64,000 nt of DNA from Candidatus Latescibacterota bacterium (lineage in GTDB: Bacteria; Latescibacterota; UBA2968; UBA8231), in contig OZ220089.1 in assembly GCA_964291625.2 (NCBI GenBank), forward strand, positions 3,808,001 to 3,872,000, read 5' to 3'. The notes beneath the pieces are model-generated. The model did no database searches, was not told the origin of the DNA, and saw only the letters and a program-made list of their open reading frames with translations. Shown here piece after piece: positions 9,386 through 18,744 of the stretch. A program made the position numbers and the translations under genes. Within the stretch, counting starts at the first letter, position 1; each line of letters begins with the position of its first letter.

Positions 9386-10752
9386 CACTCACCGCCACCC
9401 TTCTCGCCATGGCGGCCCTCCTCGCCGCGTTTGCGGTTCTCCTGGCTGGTCTCAAGGCGATCGAGAAGAGAAGCCGTCTCCATCCCGAGCTCCTGCGCAA
9501 GGGCCTGCACGTCGTCATGGGGCTGGTCCTCCTTCCGTTGCCCTGGGTCTTCGATCGCGCCTGGCCGATGATCGCGCTGGCAGTCCTCGCCTGCGGCGCC
9601 ATGGTGGCGGCGCGCGCGAGTCGCCGCCTGCGCAGCGGCCTCGGCACGGTGATGGGCGGAGTGGGCCGGGACAGCCTCGGTGAGATCTACTTCCCCATCG
9701 CCGTCAGCCTCCTCTTCCTCCTCAGCCGCGGCGACTGGCTGCTCTACGTCGTTCCTATCCTCATGCTGGCGCTGGCGGACGCCGTCGCCGCCCTGGTGGG
9801 CATTCGCTACGGGCTGTCGCAGTACCGGACTTCGGACGGCCACAAGAGCCTCGAGGGCTCTCTCGCATTCTTCCTGGTGGCCTTCTTCAGCGCCCACCTT
9901 CCTCTCCTGCTCCTGACCGGCACGGGACGGGCCGAGGCCGTTCTGATCGCCGCGATCCTCGCCCTCCTCGTCATGATGCTGGAGTGCGTGGCGTGGCGCG
10001 GGCTGGACAACCTCTTCATCCCCCTGGGTGCCCACGCATTCCTTCGCCTCTACCTGGGTGCGGAGACCGGGCTTCTCCTCTTCCACCTGACGGTTGCCGT
10101 GGTCCTGACGGTCTTCTCACTGGCCTGGAGGCCGCGCAGGAAGCTCGACGACAGCGCCCTCATCGGATGCGCGCTCTTCGGCTACGCCGCCTTCGCGCTG
10201 GGCGGTTGGCTGTGGCTTCTCGGACCGGTGGTCTACTTCCTCGCCCTGATCCTGGTCTGGCCGCGCTCCCCCGCGGATCGTCCGCACACCGTGTATGCCA
10301 TGCTCGCGTCTTCCGCCGCGGGCCTGTGCTGGCTGTTCGCCCACTCCATCACCGGGAAGGGGTGGCTCCTGATCCCCTTCGCCGGCTCCTTCGCCGCACA
10401 GCTCACCCTGTATGGTGTCGCGAGGTTCGGCCACCTGCCCGACCGTGGACCGCGTTCGCTGCGCCTGGCCGGCGACATAGGTCTCGGCTGGCTCCTCATT
10501 CAATGCCCGACCCTGCTCATCGCATTCGCATACGGTCTCGCCGACCTGGCGTCCGACGCCCCCGTACTGGATGTCCCCGGTCTGTTGAGCGACCTCGGTC
10601 TCGGTCTGGCGGCCACCAGTCTGGTTGCCGTGGTCTTCTACCTGCTGGTGCCGCGAATCTACGGTCCACCCATGCGGGAGGCCGCGATCAACCCCACCTT
10701 CGCCACCCTCGGCGCGGGGGCGTCGGTCGTGGCGGGGCTGCGTTGGCTTTGA
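9382..10752 (+). CDS. CTP-dependent dolichol/phytol kinase-like (cytidylyltransferase family) membrane protein
   Basis: ELLRKGLHV, SLGEIYFP, DAVAALVG..YG, KSLEGS, GLDNLFIP motifs; long hydrophobic C-terminal extension; ATGA coupling. Confidence 0.78.
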   Translation: MTLTATLLAMAALLAAFAVLLAGLKAIEKRSRLHPELLRKGLHVVMGLVLLPLPWVFDRAWPMIALAVLACGAMVAARASRRLRSGLGTVMGGVGRDSLGEIYFPIAVSLLFLLSRGDWLLYVVPILMLALADAVAALVGIRYGLSQYRTSDGHKSLEGSLAFFLVAFFSAHLPLLLLTGTGRAEAVLIAAILALLVMMLECVAWRGLDNLFIPLGAHAFLRLYLGAETGLLLFHLTVAVVLTVFSLAWRPRRKLDDSALIGCALFGYAAFALGGWLWLLGPVVYFLALILVWPRSPADRPHTVYAMLASSAAGLCWLFAHSITGKGWLLIPFAGSFAAQLTLYGVARFGHLPDRGPRSLRLAGDIGLGWLLIQCPTLLIAFAYGLADLASDAPVLDVPGLLSDLGLGLAATSLVAVVFYLLVPRIYGPPMREAAINPTFATLGAGASVVAGLRWL

Positions 10753-10904
10753 CCCTGGCCCGATTTGTCCGGCTGTCGGTGGCCGGGAGCCTCGTCCTCG
10801 CGGTGTACGCCCACTATGAGGTGGCGGACGAGGACTGGAGGGAGGTCGTCGAAGGCGCCCAACGGGACATCCGGGCAGGACTGGACGCGCTGGCCGGCCG
10901 ATGA
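10749..10904 (+). CDS. 51-aa micro-ORF coupled to both neighbours
   Basis: TTGA overlap with the upstream stop and ATGA overlap with the downstream start; exactly fills the gap in the operon. Confidence 0.45.
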   Translation: MTLARFVRLSVAGSLVLAVYAHYEVADEDWREVVEGAQRDIRAGLDALAGR

Positions 10905-11899
10905 GCCCCTTTTCCACTATCGACCGGGTCGAGGATCTGGCGGCGCTGCGGGCCGGTCCGGTGGAGCCGTTGCAGGCCGAGGACTTCCTGCTCACCGGGC
11001 CCTCCCGCCATCTCGCATTGCAGGACGCGACGGGCGGGTTGCTGGCCCGGTGCTCGCTGTGGAGGGCCCGCGACGCCCATGGCGAGCCGACCCCCGCCGG
11101 CCTGATCGGACACTATGCCGCTCTCGATGCCGATGCCGGCCGGGCGCTGCTGGAACACGCCTCGGACTGGCACCGGTCCGAAGGGTGTGAACGGGTCATC
11201 GGTCCCATGGACGGCTCCACCTGGCACCGCTACAGGCTGCTGACCGAGCGCGGAACGGAACCGACCTTCTTCCTGGAGCCCGACAATCCCGACGACTGGC
11301 CCCGGCACTTCGCCGCCGCCGGATTCGTGCCGCTGGCCACCTACACCTCGGCGCTCAACTCCGACCTCCACCAGTTCGACCCGCGCTCGGACCGGCGGCG
11401 GTCCGAACTCGAACGGAAGGGCATCACCATTCGCACGATCGACGTCGAGCGCTTCGACGTCGACCTCGCCGCCATTCACGAGCTGTCGCTGGCGGCGTTC
11501 GCGGACAACTTCCTCTTCAGCCCCATCTCGCTCGAGGCCTTCGTCGCCTCCTACACTCCGATCCGTCCCTTTCTCGTCCCCGAGCTCGTCCTGCTCGCGG
11601 AGCAGCGCGGGCAACTCGTCGGTTTCGTCTTCGGCATCCCGGATCTCATGGAACCGGCGCGAGGCGATCCCCGACGCACGGTGGTCGTCAAGTCGCTGGC
11701 CGTGCATCCGTCGTCCGCTGGGAACGGCCTCGGCGGTCTGTTGGTGGACGACTGTCAGCAGGCGGCAAGGAAGCTCGGGTTCGAGCGCGCCATTCACGCG
11801 CTGATGCACGAGAGCAACCTGTCCCGGAGGATCTCGGCTCGCTACGGCACCGTGATCCGCCGCTACACTCTCTACGAGAAACCGTTGGTCCGGGAATGA
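10901..11899 (+). CDS. Tandem GNAT-family N-acyltransferase
   Basis: IGPMDGSTWHRYRL, FFLEPDNP, AFADNFLFSPI, VVKSLAVHP...GNGLGGLL (acyl-CoA binding motif), HALMHESN. Confidence 0.8.
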   Translation: MSPFSTIDRVEDLAALRAGPVEPLQAEDFLLTGPSRHLALQDATGGLLARCSLWRARDAHGEPTPAGLIGHYAALDADAGRALLEHASDWHRSEGCERVIGPMDGSTWHRYRLLTERGTEPTFFLEPDNPDDWPRHFAAAGFVPLATYTSALNSDLHQFDPRSDRRRSELERKGITIRTIDVERFDVDLAAIHELSLAAFADNFLFSPISLEAFVASYTPIRPFLVPELVLLAEQRGQLVGFVFGIPDLMEPARGDPRRTVVVKSLAVHPSSAGNGLGGLLVDDCQQAARKLGFERAIHALMHESNLSRRISARYGTVIRRYTLYEKPLVRE

Positions 11900-13484
11900 A
11901 CATCAGCCAGGTCCTGATCGATCAGGCCGCCGAGCGGCCCGAGGAGCCCGCCATCATCGAGGCGACGAAAGGGGGGGCGCGCTCCCTCACCTTTGGTCAG
12001 ATGGTGGAACGCTCGGCGAGGGCCGCCGCACTGCTGCACTCGGCCAGGCTCCACGAGGGGGATCGAATCCTCGTACTCCAGCCCATGTCCATGGAGCTCT
12101 ATGTCGTCCTCCTGGCGGTCTTCCGTCTCGGCCTGGTCGCCACCGTCCTGGATCCCTCGGCCGGACGCCGGCACATCGAGCAGTGCTGCGGCATCGCCCG
12201 GCCCAGGGCGTTCGTCGGCCCGGCCCGGGCCCACATCCTGCGGTTCGCCTGTGGAGGTCTGCGTCGAATCGAACGGCACTTCGTGACCGCGGGCTGGGCT
12301 CCTGGTGCGACCCGGTGGTCCCGGCTCGAACGCCTCGAGCCCCTGACACGGGTCACCGCCTGCGGTTCTCCGCACGACGCCCTTCTCACCTTTACCAGCG
12401 GCAGCACCGGAGTCCCGAAAGCGGTGGTCCGCAGCCACGGTTTCCTGTTGGCGCAGCACGAGGTCCTGGCCGACTCCATCGAACTCGAGCCCGGCGAAGT
12501 CGACCTCGCCACGCTGCCGATCTTCGTGCTCGCCAATCTGGCCTCGGGCGTGACGACGGTCATACCAGGGTGCGACCTCCGGCGTCCCGGCTTCGTGGAG
12601 CCGGCCCCGATTCTCGAGCAACTCAAGCGTCATCGCGTCACCCGGACCGCCGGATCCCCGGCGCTGTACGCCAGGCTGCTTCAGGGAGCTGGGAGCGGTG
12701 AGACGGGCCTCAGCACCCTCGAGAAGCTCTACACCGGCGGCGCTCCTGTCTTTCCTCCCCTCCTGCAGAAGCTCCGTTCGGCGATGCCGCGGGGCCGGGT
12801 GATCGTCGTCTACGGCTCGACCGAGGCAGAGCCCATCGCCCACCTCGATTGGGACGAAGCGGATCCCGCCGACCTGGAGGCCATGTATGCCGGGAAGGGG
12901 CTGCTGGTCGGAAGGCCGGTGCACCGGATCGAGTTGCGCATTCTGGACAACCGCTGGGGCGAAACCCTTCCGGAAATGAAGGCATGGGAATTCGCCGAAC
13001 GTGCGTTGCCCGCGGAGCGGGGCGGCGAGATCGTGGTGAATGGTCCCCATGTGCTGGGCGGCTACCTGAACGGCATCGGCGACGAGCAGACCAAGTTCCG
13101 GGTCGAAGGTGAGTGTGGCACCGCACCGGCGACGCCGGCTGTCTCGACGACTCAGGCCGGCTGTGGCTCCTGGGACGCGCCGGGGCGGTCATCCGGGACG
13201 AACGCGGCACGATCTATCCCTTCGCCGCCGAGTGCGCAGCAAGCCGGCTGGCCTGGATCGAAAGGAGCGCTCTCGCCGGGCACAATGGCGAGCGCCTCCT
13301 GGCGGTGCAGCTGGGGGCACGGGCGCCGGCGGACGCGGAGCTGCGCGTGAAGAAGATGCTATGCTGGGCACAACTCGACCGGGTCGTGCGGTTGGCACGA
13401 ATACCGGTCGATCGTCGCCACAACGCGAAAGTCGACTACCCCGCGCTGAAAGAGGCACTCGAGCGCCATGGCAACTCAGGATGA
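11896..13484 (+). CDS. AMP-binding acyl-CoA ligase/adenylating enzyme (OleC-like); frameshift near 13112
   Basis: FTSGSTGVPK P-loop, TGGAPV, YGSTEAEP, GEIVVNGPHV; second frame supplies WHRTGDAG..LWLLGR and DRRHNAKVDY. Confidence 0.85.
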
Positions 13485-13521
13485 CAGCTGGACAACACCA
13501 CCTCCGAACAGAAGGACTCCA

Positions 13522-16239
13522 ATGAGATTTCCCAGGAACGCTGTCCTGCTCTCGCTGGCCCTCGCTCTCTTGGTCCGGGCGGAGGCCGCTCCTCAGGAGG
13601 AATCACATGGGGAAGAGTCCCCTCCCCCGGGGTGGCGGATCCACCGCTCCATTCCTCCGGAGGGGGCCGCGACCCACCTGGTGGTTCCGGGGGAGAGGTT
13701 CGGGGCCGGAACGCTCAAACGCTGGCTCTACGGCAGCGACTACCGGGACCTCTGGACCACCCCCATCGAGGTTCAGGTCCTCGACCTCGACCGCGTCGGC
13801 GGCGGCCTGACGCCCCTGCGCACCGGCGGGTTCGGGCAGTCGATCTCGCTCCACTTCACGGGAGAGGACGGCCGCCGGTACACGGTGCGGTCCCTGGACA
13901 AGGACCCCACCAAGCGAATCTGGGACGAGCTCAAGGGCACGGTCGCCGACGGCCTGCTCCAGGACCTGATCGCCTCGCTCCTGCCCACCGGGGCGCTGGT
14001 CACCGATCCGCTGATGGAAGCCACGGGCATCCTCCATTCCAGACACACCCTCGTCGTCATCCCGGACCATCCCGGTCTGGGGGAGTACCGCGAGGAGTTC
14101 GCCGGCCTCATCGGAACGCTGCAGGAACACCCTTCCGAGGGCCCGGACGATACCCCCGGCTTTGCCGGGTCGCGCAAGATCAGCGGCACGGAGAGGCTGT
14201 GGGAGCGCATGGAGAAGACCCCCTGCAACCGGGTCGATGCCCGCGCCTACCTGAAGGCGAAGCTGATGGACTTCCTCATCGGCGACAAGGACCGCCACTT
14301 CGGCCAGTGGAGGTGGGCGCGGTTCCCGGACGGGGACTGCCACACCTGGGTCGTGATACCGGAGGACCGCGACCAGGCGTTCATCGACCTCGACGGGTTC
14401 GCCATGGCCGTGGCGCGCAGAGGCCTGCCGAGGCAGATCGAGTTCGGTGAGTCCTATCCGAGCCTGGTGGGCCTGACGACCACGGGCTGGGAGATGGACC
14501 GCGAGTACCTGGTCGAGCTGGACAGGGCCGCATGGGAGTCGGTGGTGGCGGAGTTCCGCGGCGACCTGCCGGACGCCGTCATCGAGGAGGCGGTCCGGAG
14601 GCTGCCGGCACCCTACTACGCGATGATCGGGGACGAGCTCGCCGGGGCGCTGAAGTCGAGGCGGGACGCCCTGCCCGACTTCGCCGGCCGCTACTACGAG
14701 CTGATCACCCGGGAGGCGGAGATCCAGGCGACCGACAAGGACGAGTACGCCCTGTGTGAGCATATGCCCGACGGCGAGCTCGCGGTCCGGATCGGCTTGC
14801 TGGAGGGGTCCGGAGGAAGCAGGGAAGCCCCCTACTTCCGGAGGACGTTCAGTCCCCGGGAGACCCGCGAGGTCCGCATATACCTGCGCGGGGGAGACGA
14901 CAGCGCGGAGATAACCGGGGGCTCGGGGCGCATCACCCTTCGCATCGATGGCGGAGGCGGGGACGACAGCTTCACGAACTCATCCCGGGCCGGTGCATCG
15001 AAGACCCGCTTCTACGACCATCGGGGGAAGAACCGCTTCGTCAAGGGTGAGGGAGCCAGGGTCGACGAGAGCCCCTACAAGCGGCCGCCCGCGACTCTCC
15101 TGCGGGCCCGCTACGCGCTCGACTGGGGCCAGCAGACCATGGCCTTTCCCATCTTCATGGCCACCCCGGACCTGGGCGTGTTCGCGGGAGGCGTGGCCAG
15201 CAGGCAGTACTTCGGCTATCGCAAGGACCCCTTCGCCTCCAGTCATTCGATCAACGCCGGGCTGGCCGTCAATCGGCTCGAGCCCTTCGTCGCCTATACG
15301 GGGACCTTCCGCCGAGTACTGCTCGGCCTGGACGCGAAGGTCAGGCTCAAGTACTCCGGGATCCAGGTGATCCGCTTCAACGGCCTCGGCAACGAAACCG
15401 AGATCCCCGGTCCTTCCTCCTTCTACGAGGTGGAGCAGAATCACTTCGCTTTCGCACCCTCTCTCGAATTCGGCGGGGGAGGGCGCCAGGGGGGCGGGTC
15501 CCACGGTGTCCCGCAGGCGCCGCGTCCGGAGTGGACCATCGGCTTCGGTCCGGCCATCAAGTACTCGGACACGCCCCTGAGCTCGAACGAGGGGAAGTTC
15601 ATCGCTTCCCGGGATGACCCGTGGTACGGCACCGGTTCCTTCGGCCAGGCGGGGGCCCAGGGCGAGATCACTTACGACGCGCGGGACAACTCGGGGTACG
15701 CCACTCGCGGTGTTCTGGTCAAGGTGGCCGGCGCCCTCTACCCGGGGGTCTGGGACGTGGAGTCGGCCTTCGGCAGCATGGACGGGGAGACGCGCGCCTA
15801 CCTGACGGCCCCCGTTCCCACCAGGCCGACCCTGGCCTTGCGGGCCGGCGGCAGGAAGGTGTGGGGAACCTTCCCCTTCCACGAGAGCGCCTTTCTGGGA
15901 GGACCCGGCCTGATCGCCGGGGATGCATCCAACGGCAGCTTGCGCGGCTTCCGCAAGAACCGGTTCGCCGGAGAGGCCGCGTTGTACGGGAATGCCGAGC
16001 TGCGCCTGTCGCTGGCCAGGATCCGGCTCCTGTTTCCGGGTGAGGTGGGCGTCTTCGGTGCGGCCGACGCCGGCCGGGTGTTCCACTCCGGGGATCCGGA
16101 CGATGCCGACAGCTGGCACACCAGTACCGGAGGCGGATTGTGGCTGTCCTTCCTCCAACGCCTGCAGACCTTGAGCGTGGCCGCCGTCAACGGCGATGAC
16201 CTGACGGGGGTGTACGTGCGCGCCGGTCTCACGTTCTAG
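13522..16239 (+). CDS. Secreted protein: atypical kinase-like N-terminal domain fused to an Omp85/BamA-TamA beta-barrel
   Basis: Signal peptide; GGFGQS..VRSLDKDP and DFLIGDKDRHFGQW..PEDRDQAF; barrel motifs YDARDN, FLGG..LRGFRKNRFAG..YGNAELR, DAGRV, terminal F. Confidence 0.8.
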   Translation: MRFPRNAVLLSLALALLVRAEAAPQEESHGEESPPPGWRIHRSIPPEGAATHLVVPGERFGAGTLKRWLYGSDYRDLWTTPIEVQVLDLDRVGGGLTPLRTGGFGQSISLHFTGEDGRRYTVRSLDKDPTKRIWDELKGTVADGLLQDLIASLLPTGALVTDPLMEATGILHSRHTLVVIPDHPGLGEYREEFAGLIGTLQEHPSEGPDDTPGFAGSRKISGTERLWERMEKTPCNRVDARAYLKAKLMDFLIGDKDRHFGQWRWARFPDGDCHTWVVIPEDRDQAFIDLDGFAMAVARRGLPRQIEFGESYPSLVGLTTTGWEMDREYLVELDRAAWESVVAEFRGDLPDAVIEEAVRRLPAPYYAMIGDELAGALKSRRDALPDFAGRYYELITREAEIQATDKDEYALCEHMPDGELAVRIGLLEGSGGSREAPYFRRTFSPRETREVRIYLRGGDDSAEITGGSGRITLRIDGGGGDDSFTNSSRAGASKTRFYDHRGKNRFVKGEGARVDESPYKRPPATLLRARYALDWGQQTMAFPIFMATPDLGVFAGGVASRQYFGYRKDPFASSHSINAGLAVNRLEPFVAYTGTFRRVLLGLDAKVRLKYSGIQVIRFNGLGNETEIPGPSSFYEVEQNHFAFAPSLEFGGGGRQGGGSHGVPQAPRPEWTIGFGPAIKYSDTPLSSNEGKFIASRDDPWYGTGSFGQAGAQGEITYDARDNSGYATRGVLVKVAGALYPGVWDVESAFGSMDGETRAYLTAPVPTRPTLALRAGGRKVWGTFPFHESAFLGGPGLIAGDASNGSLRGFRKNRFAGEAALYGNAELRLSLARIRLLFPGEVGVFGAADAGRVFHSGDPDDADSWHTSTGGGLWLSFLQRLQTLSVAAVNGDDLTGVYVRAGLTF

Positions 16240-16259
16240 CAGAAACAGGGAGAACTCAG

Positions 16260-17207
16260 ATGCTCAAGAACATCATCGTACGGCTCGTGATCTACTACGC
16301 CGCCTGGCTTCTGGCGCTCAGCGGGATCTTTCACCTCTTCCCGGAGATTCTCCACTACGTCGCCCTGGAGCGCGAACGCATCTTCGTCGCCAAGGGCCTG
16401 GTCCCCGGGGCCGACACCGTTCCCTATCCCCTCGGGTACATCCAGAAAGGGGTGGCCCGGCTCGTCGATCCCGCACACACCATTCCGGTCGTGGTCGCCA
16501 TGGTGCTGGCTTTCGCCGTCACCCTCCCCATTTCCTGGGTATACTGCTGGACGAGGCCGCGCAAGAAATACAATCAGGCTTTTGCACAGACCTTGCTCGT
16601 GGTGCCAGTCTCCATTGCCCTCGTTGTTTTTCTCGTCAAGGGCAGTCTGGCCCTCGCCTTCAGCCTGGCCGGCATCGTGGCCGCGGTCCGCTTCCGGACC
16701 TCCCTCGACGAGCCGATAGATGCCGTGTACATGTTCATGGCCATCGGCATTGGGCTGGCCGCCGGCACCCAGCTCACCACGGTCGCTTATCTCGCATCCC
16801 TGACGTTCGTCGCCATATCTCTCGCTTTGTGGAAGATCGACTTCGGAGCGAAGCCGCCTGCTCTGTCCGGATGGAGAATCGTCACCCCCCGGGAGCCGAC
16901 GCAGCCGTCCCGGGCGGAGGTCAGGGAGACCGCCTGGAATTCGCGGATCGAGGTGCATGCTTCCAGGGTCGATGCCGCCAGGAAAGCCGCAACTCCGGCA
17001 TTGAACGCCAGCGCCAGGCACTGGCAGGTCGCGGAGGTTCGGAGAAAGGCCGACGGAAGCGCCCTCATCGCGATCGATGCCAGGCTGAGGAAAGCGGTCA
17101 AGCCCACCTCCCTGGCCAAGGAGATCAAGAAGGCAGGGAAGGACAACATCCACAGCGTCGAGGTCAGGGACAGGTCGCTTCACGGCGAGATCCGCCAGGA
17201 AGGATGA
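16260..17207 (+). CDS. DUF4956-family membrane protein
   Basis: VKGSLALAFSLAGIVAAVRFRTSL, YMFMAIGIGLAAG, followed by a soluble C-terminal domain. Confidence 0.8.
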   Translation: MLKNIIVRLVIYYAAWLLALSGIFHLFPEILHYVALERERIFVAKGLVPGADTVPYPLGYIQKGVARLVDPAHTIPVVVAMVLAFAVTLPISWVYCWTRPRKKYNQAFAQTLLVVPVSIALVVFLVKGSLALAFSLAGIVAAVRFRTSLDEPIDAVYMFMAIGIGLAAGTQLTTVAYLASLTFVAISLALWKIDFGAKPPALSGWRIVTPREPTQPSRAEVRETAWNSRIEVHASRVDAARKAATPALNASARHWQVAEVRRKADGSALIAIDARLRKAVKPTSLAKEIKKAGKDNIHSVEVRDRSLHGEIRQEG

Positions 17208-17313
17208 ACCGCCACTGGACGCGTGCTCAGCGCGCGGGGGGTCTCCGCTTCCTGCTACAGATTGCCGACCCCGCCACCAACGCCCAGGCACGAGGTCCAG
17301 GACCGTGCGGCTG

Positions 17314-18744
17314 TCACCAGCGGAATTCTGAAGGGTTGCTTACCAGCTCGGACAGGAACTGCCATGTTTGAGGCGCGAGCAGGTATCCGGAGTTTTTCGC
17401 CTGCCATGCGAGCAGTTCCGAGCTCACACCGAACCGCGAACGGAGTGACCGAGCGGCGTACCCTTCGTTGCCTTCATGTTCCGAGACCACCTGTCCGGCG
17501 ATCTGGCGGGGCAACAGCAACTCGGCAGCGAAGGCGCGAGCCCGCTGCTCGACGTGCCTGGCGGTCCTGCCGCCGAGCACGTCAACGAGCGGCAATGAAC
17601 TCGAGCGATCGACCAGGAGGTGACAGATCTCGTGCGCCAGCGTCGCTCTCCTTCGGGCTGAGCTCGCGTGTCGGGCGTCCGAGTTCAGCAGCACGGCTGG
17701 ACCGTGACTCGGTCCCCAGCATCCGATAGCGTCGATGTCCCCAAGCCCGAGGCCTGCGTCCATGAGCGGCACACTCCACGGCGCAAGGATCTGCTCTGGA
17801 TCGACGCGTCCACCGGGGTGAACGATCTCCGGCTGTCCCCGCAGCCAACCGGCCAGCGTGTATCCCTGCATGAACGGCCGCTCGTCATGCGTGTCAGCAA
17901 GCACCGTCAGCGCGTCTTGGGAGGCTCGGTCCAGCTCTGACTTGTCGGACAACGGTACGCGCCTCAGGGCCTCAAGGATCGGTTTCAGAGTAGTCCGCGG
18001 CTGCGGTCCGACCAGTCGCGCCGCGGCCAGTAGTTCATCGGAGCGGGGAGTGGTCCAGTCACGCTCATCCTCGGAGTAGAAGATCGACTCGACCTCGGCC
18101 ACAAGCTCCGGGGTATACCCGGTGGCAGCCTCGATGACCTTCAGCCGGCTGTGGCTGTCTCGTGCATGCCACGACCGGACCGCCTCGCGCGACCGGGCGT
18201 CGGACACGCCATTCAACCTCGACGCAATGCAGTCCCCTACTTTGCGCAAGACATCGAGTAGCTCGTGGAACGGGGCCTTCGCCGTCGCTGTCGTCGAGGC
18301 CGCCCAACCGGTGTTGCCGTCTCGCACGATCCACAGCGGCGGCATTGCTGCTCCCTGCACGGCTTCTGCCAGATCATGGGTCATGCGGTATGCCTCAAGC
18401 TGCTCACCCTCACGCCCGAGGTCAGACCCCAGAGGTGAACCCGACTCGACTGCCATCTCGGAGGCTGCGACCATCCGCGGGACGGTGTCCAGGGCGACGC
18501 CGAGGGGAGCCCCGTCTTCGATGGCCAGGTACAGCCAGGACTCTGCCAGAAACTCCAGAAGCTCGATCCACGTCCACTCGAAGCCCGAGGCCGCGTCCGG
18601 ACCGTGCCAGATCGCCTTGCCTCGCAGGCTCACCCTGAGGCTTCCTCTGGTCGCGTTGGTCGCTGAAGTCCTCGGGCCTCCGGCCAGCCAGTCCAGCGAG
18701 ATCTCGATGTCGCCATCGGATGACCGTGCTACCAGTTCATCCAT
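17314..18744 (-). CDS. ImmA/IrrE-like (Peptidase M78) metallopeptidase with long novel N-terminal domain (module A)
   Basis: RRRATLAHEICH (HExxH), EQRARAFAAELLLP, LRSRFGVS; RBS GGAGG before ATG 18744; overlaps the upstream small gene by 16 nt. Confidence 0.85.
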   Translation of the reverse strand: MDELVARSSDGDIEISLDWLAGGPRTSATNATRGSLRVSLRGKAIWHGPDAASGFEWTWIELLEFLAESWLYLAIEDGAPLGVALDTVPRMVAASEMAVESGSPLGSDLGREGEQLEAYRMTHDLAEAVQGAAMPPLWIVRDGNTGWAASTTATAKAPFHELLDVLRKVGDCIASRLNGVSDARSREAVRSWHARDSHSRLKVIEAATGYTPELVAEVESIFYSEDERDWTTPRSDELLAAARLVGPQPRTTLKPILEALRRVPLSDKSELDRASQDALTVLADTHDERPFMQGYTLAGWLRGQPEIVHPGGRVDPEQILAPWSVPLMDAGLGLGDIDAIGCWGPSHGPAVLLNSDARHASSARRRATLAHEICHLLVDRSSSLPLVDVLGGRTARHVEQRARAFAAELLLPRQIAGQVVSEHEGNEGYAARSLRSRFGVSSELLAWQAKNSGYLLAPQTWQFLSELVSNPSEFRW

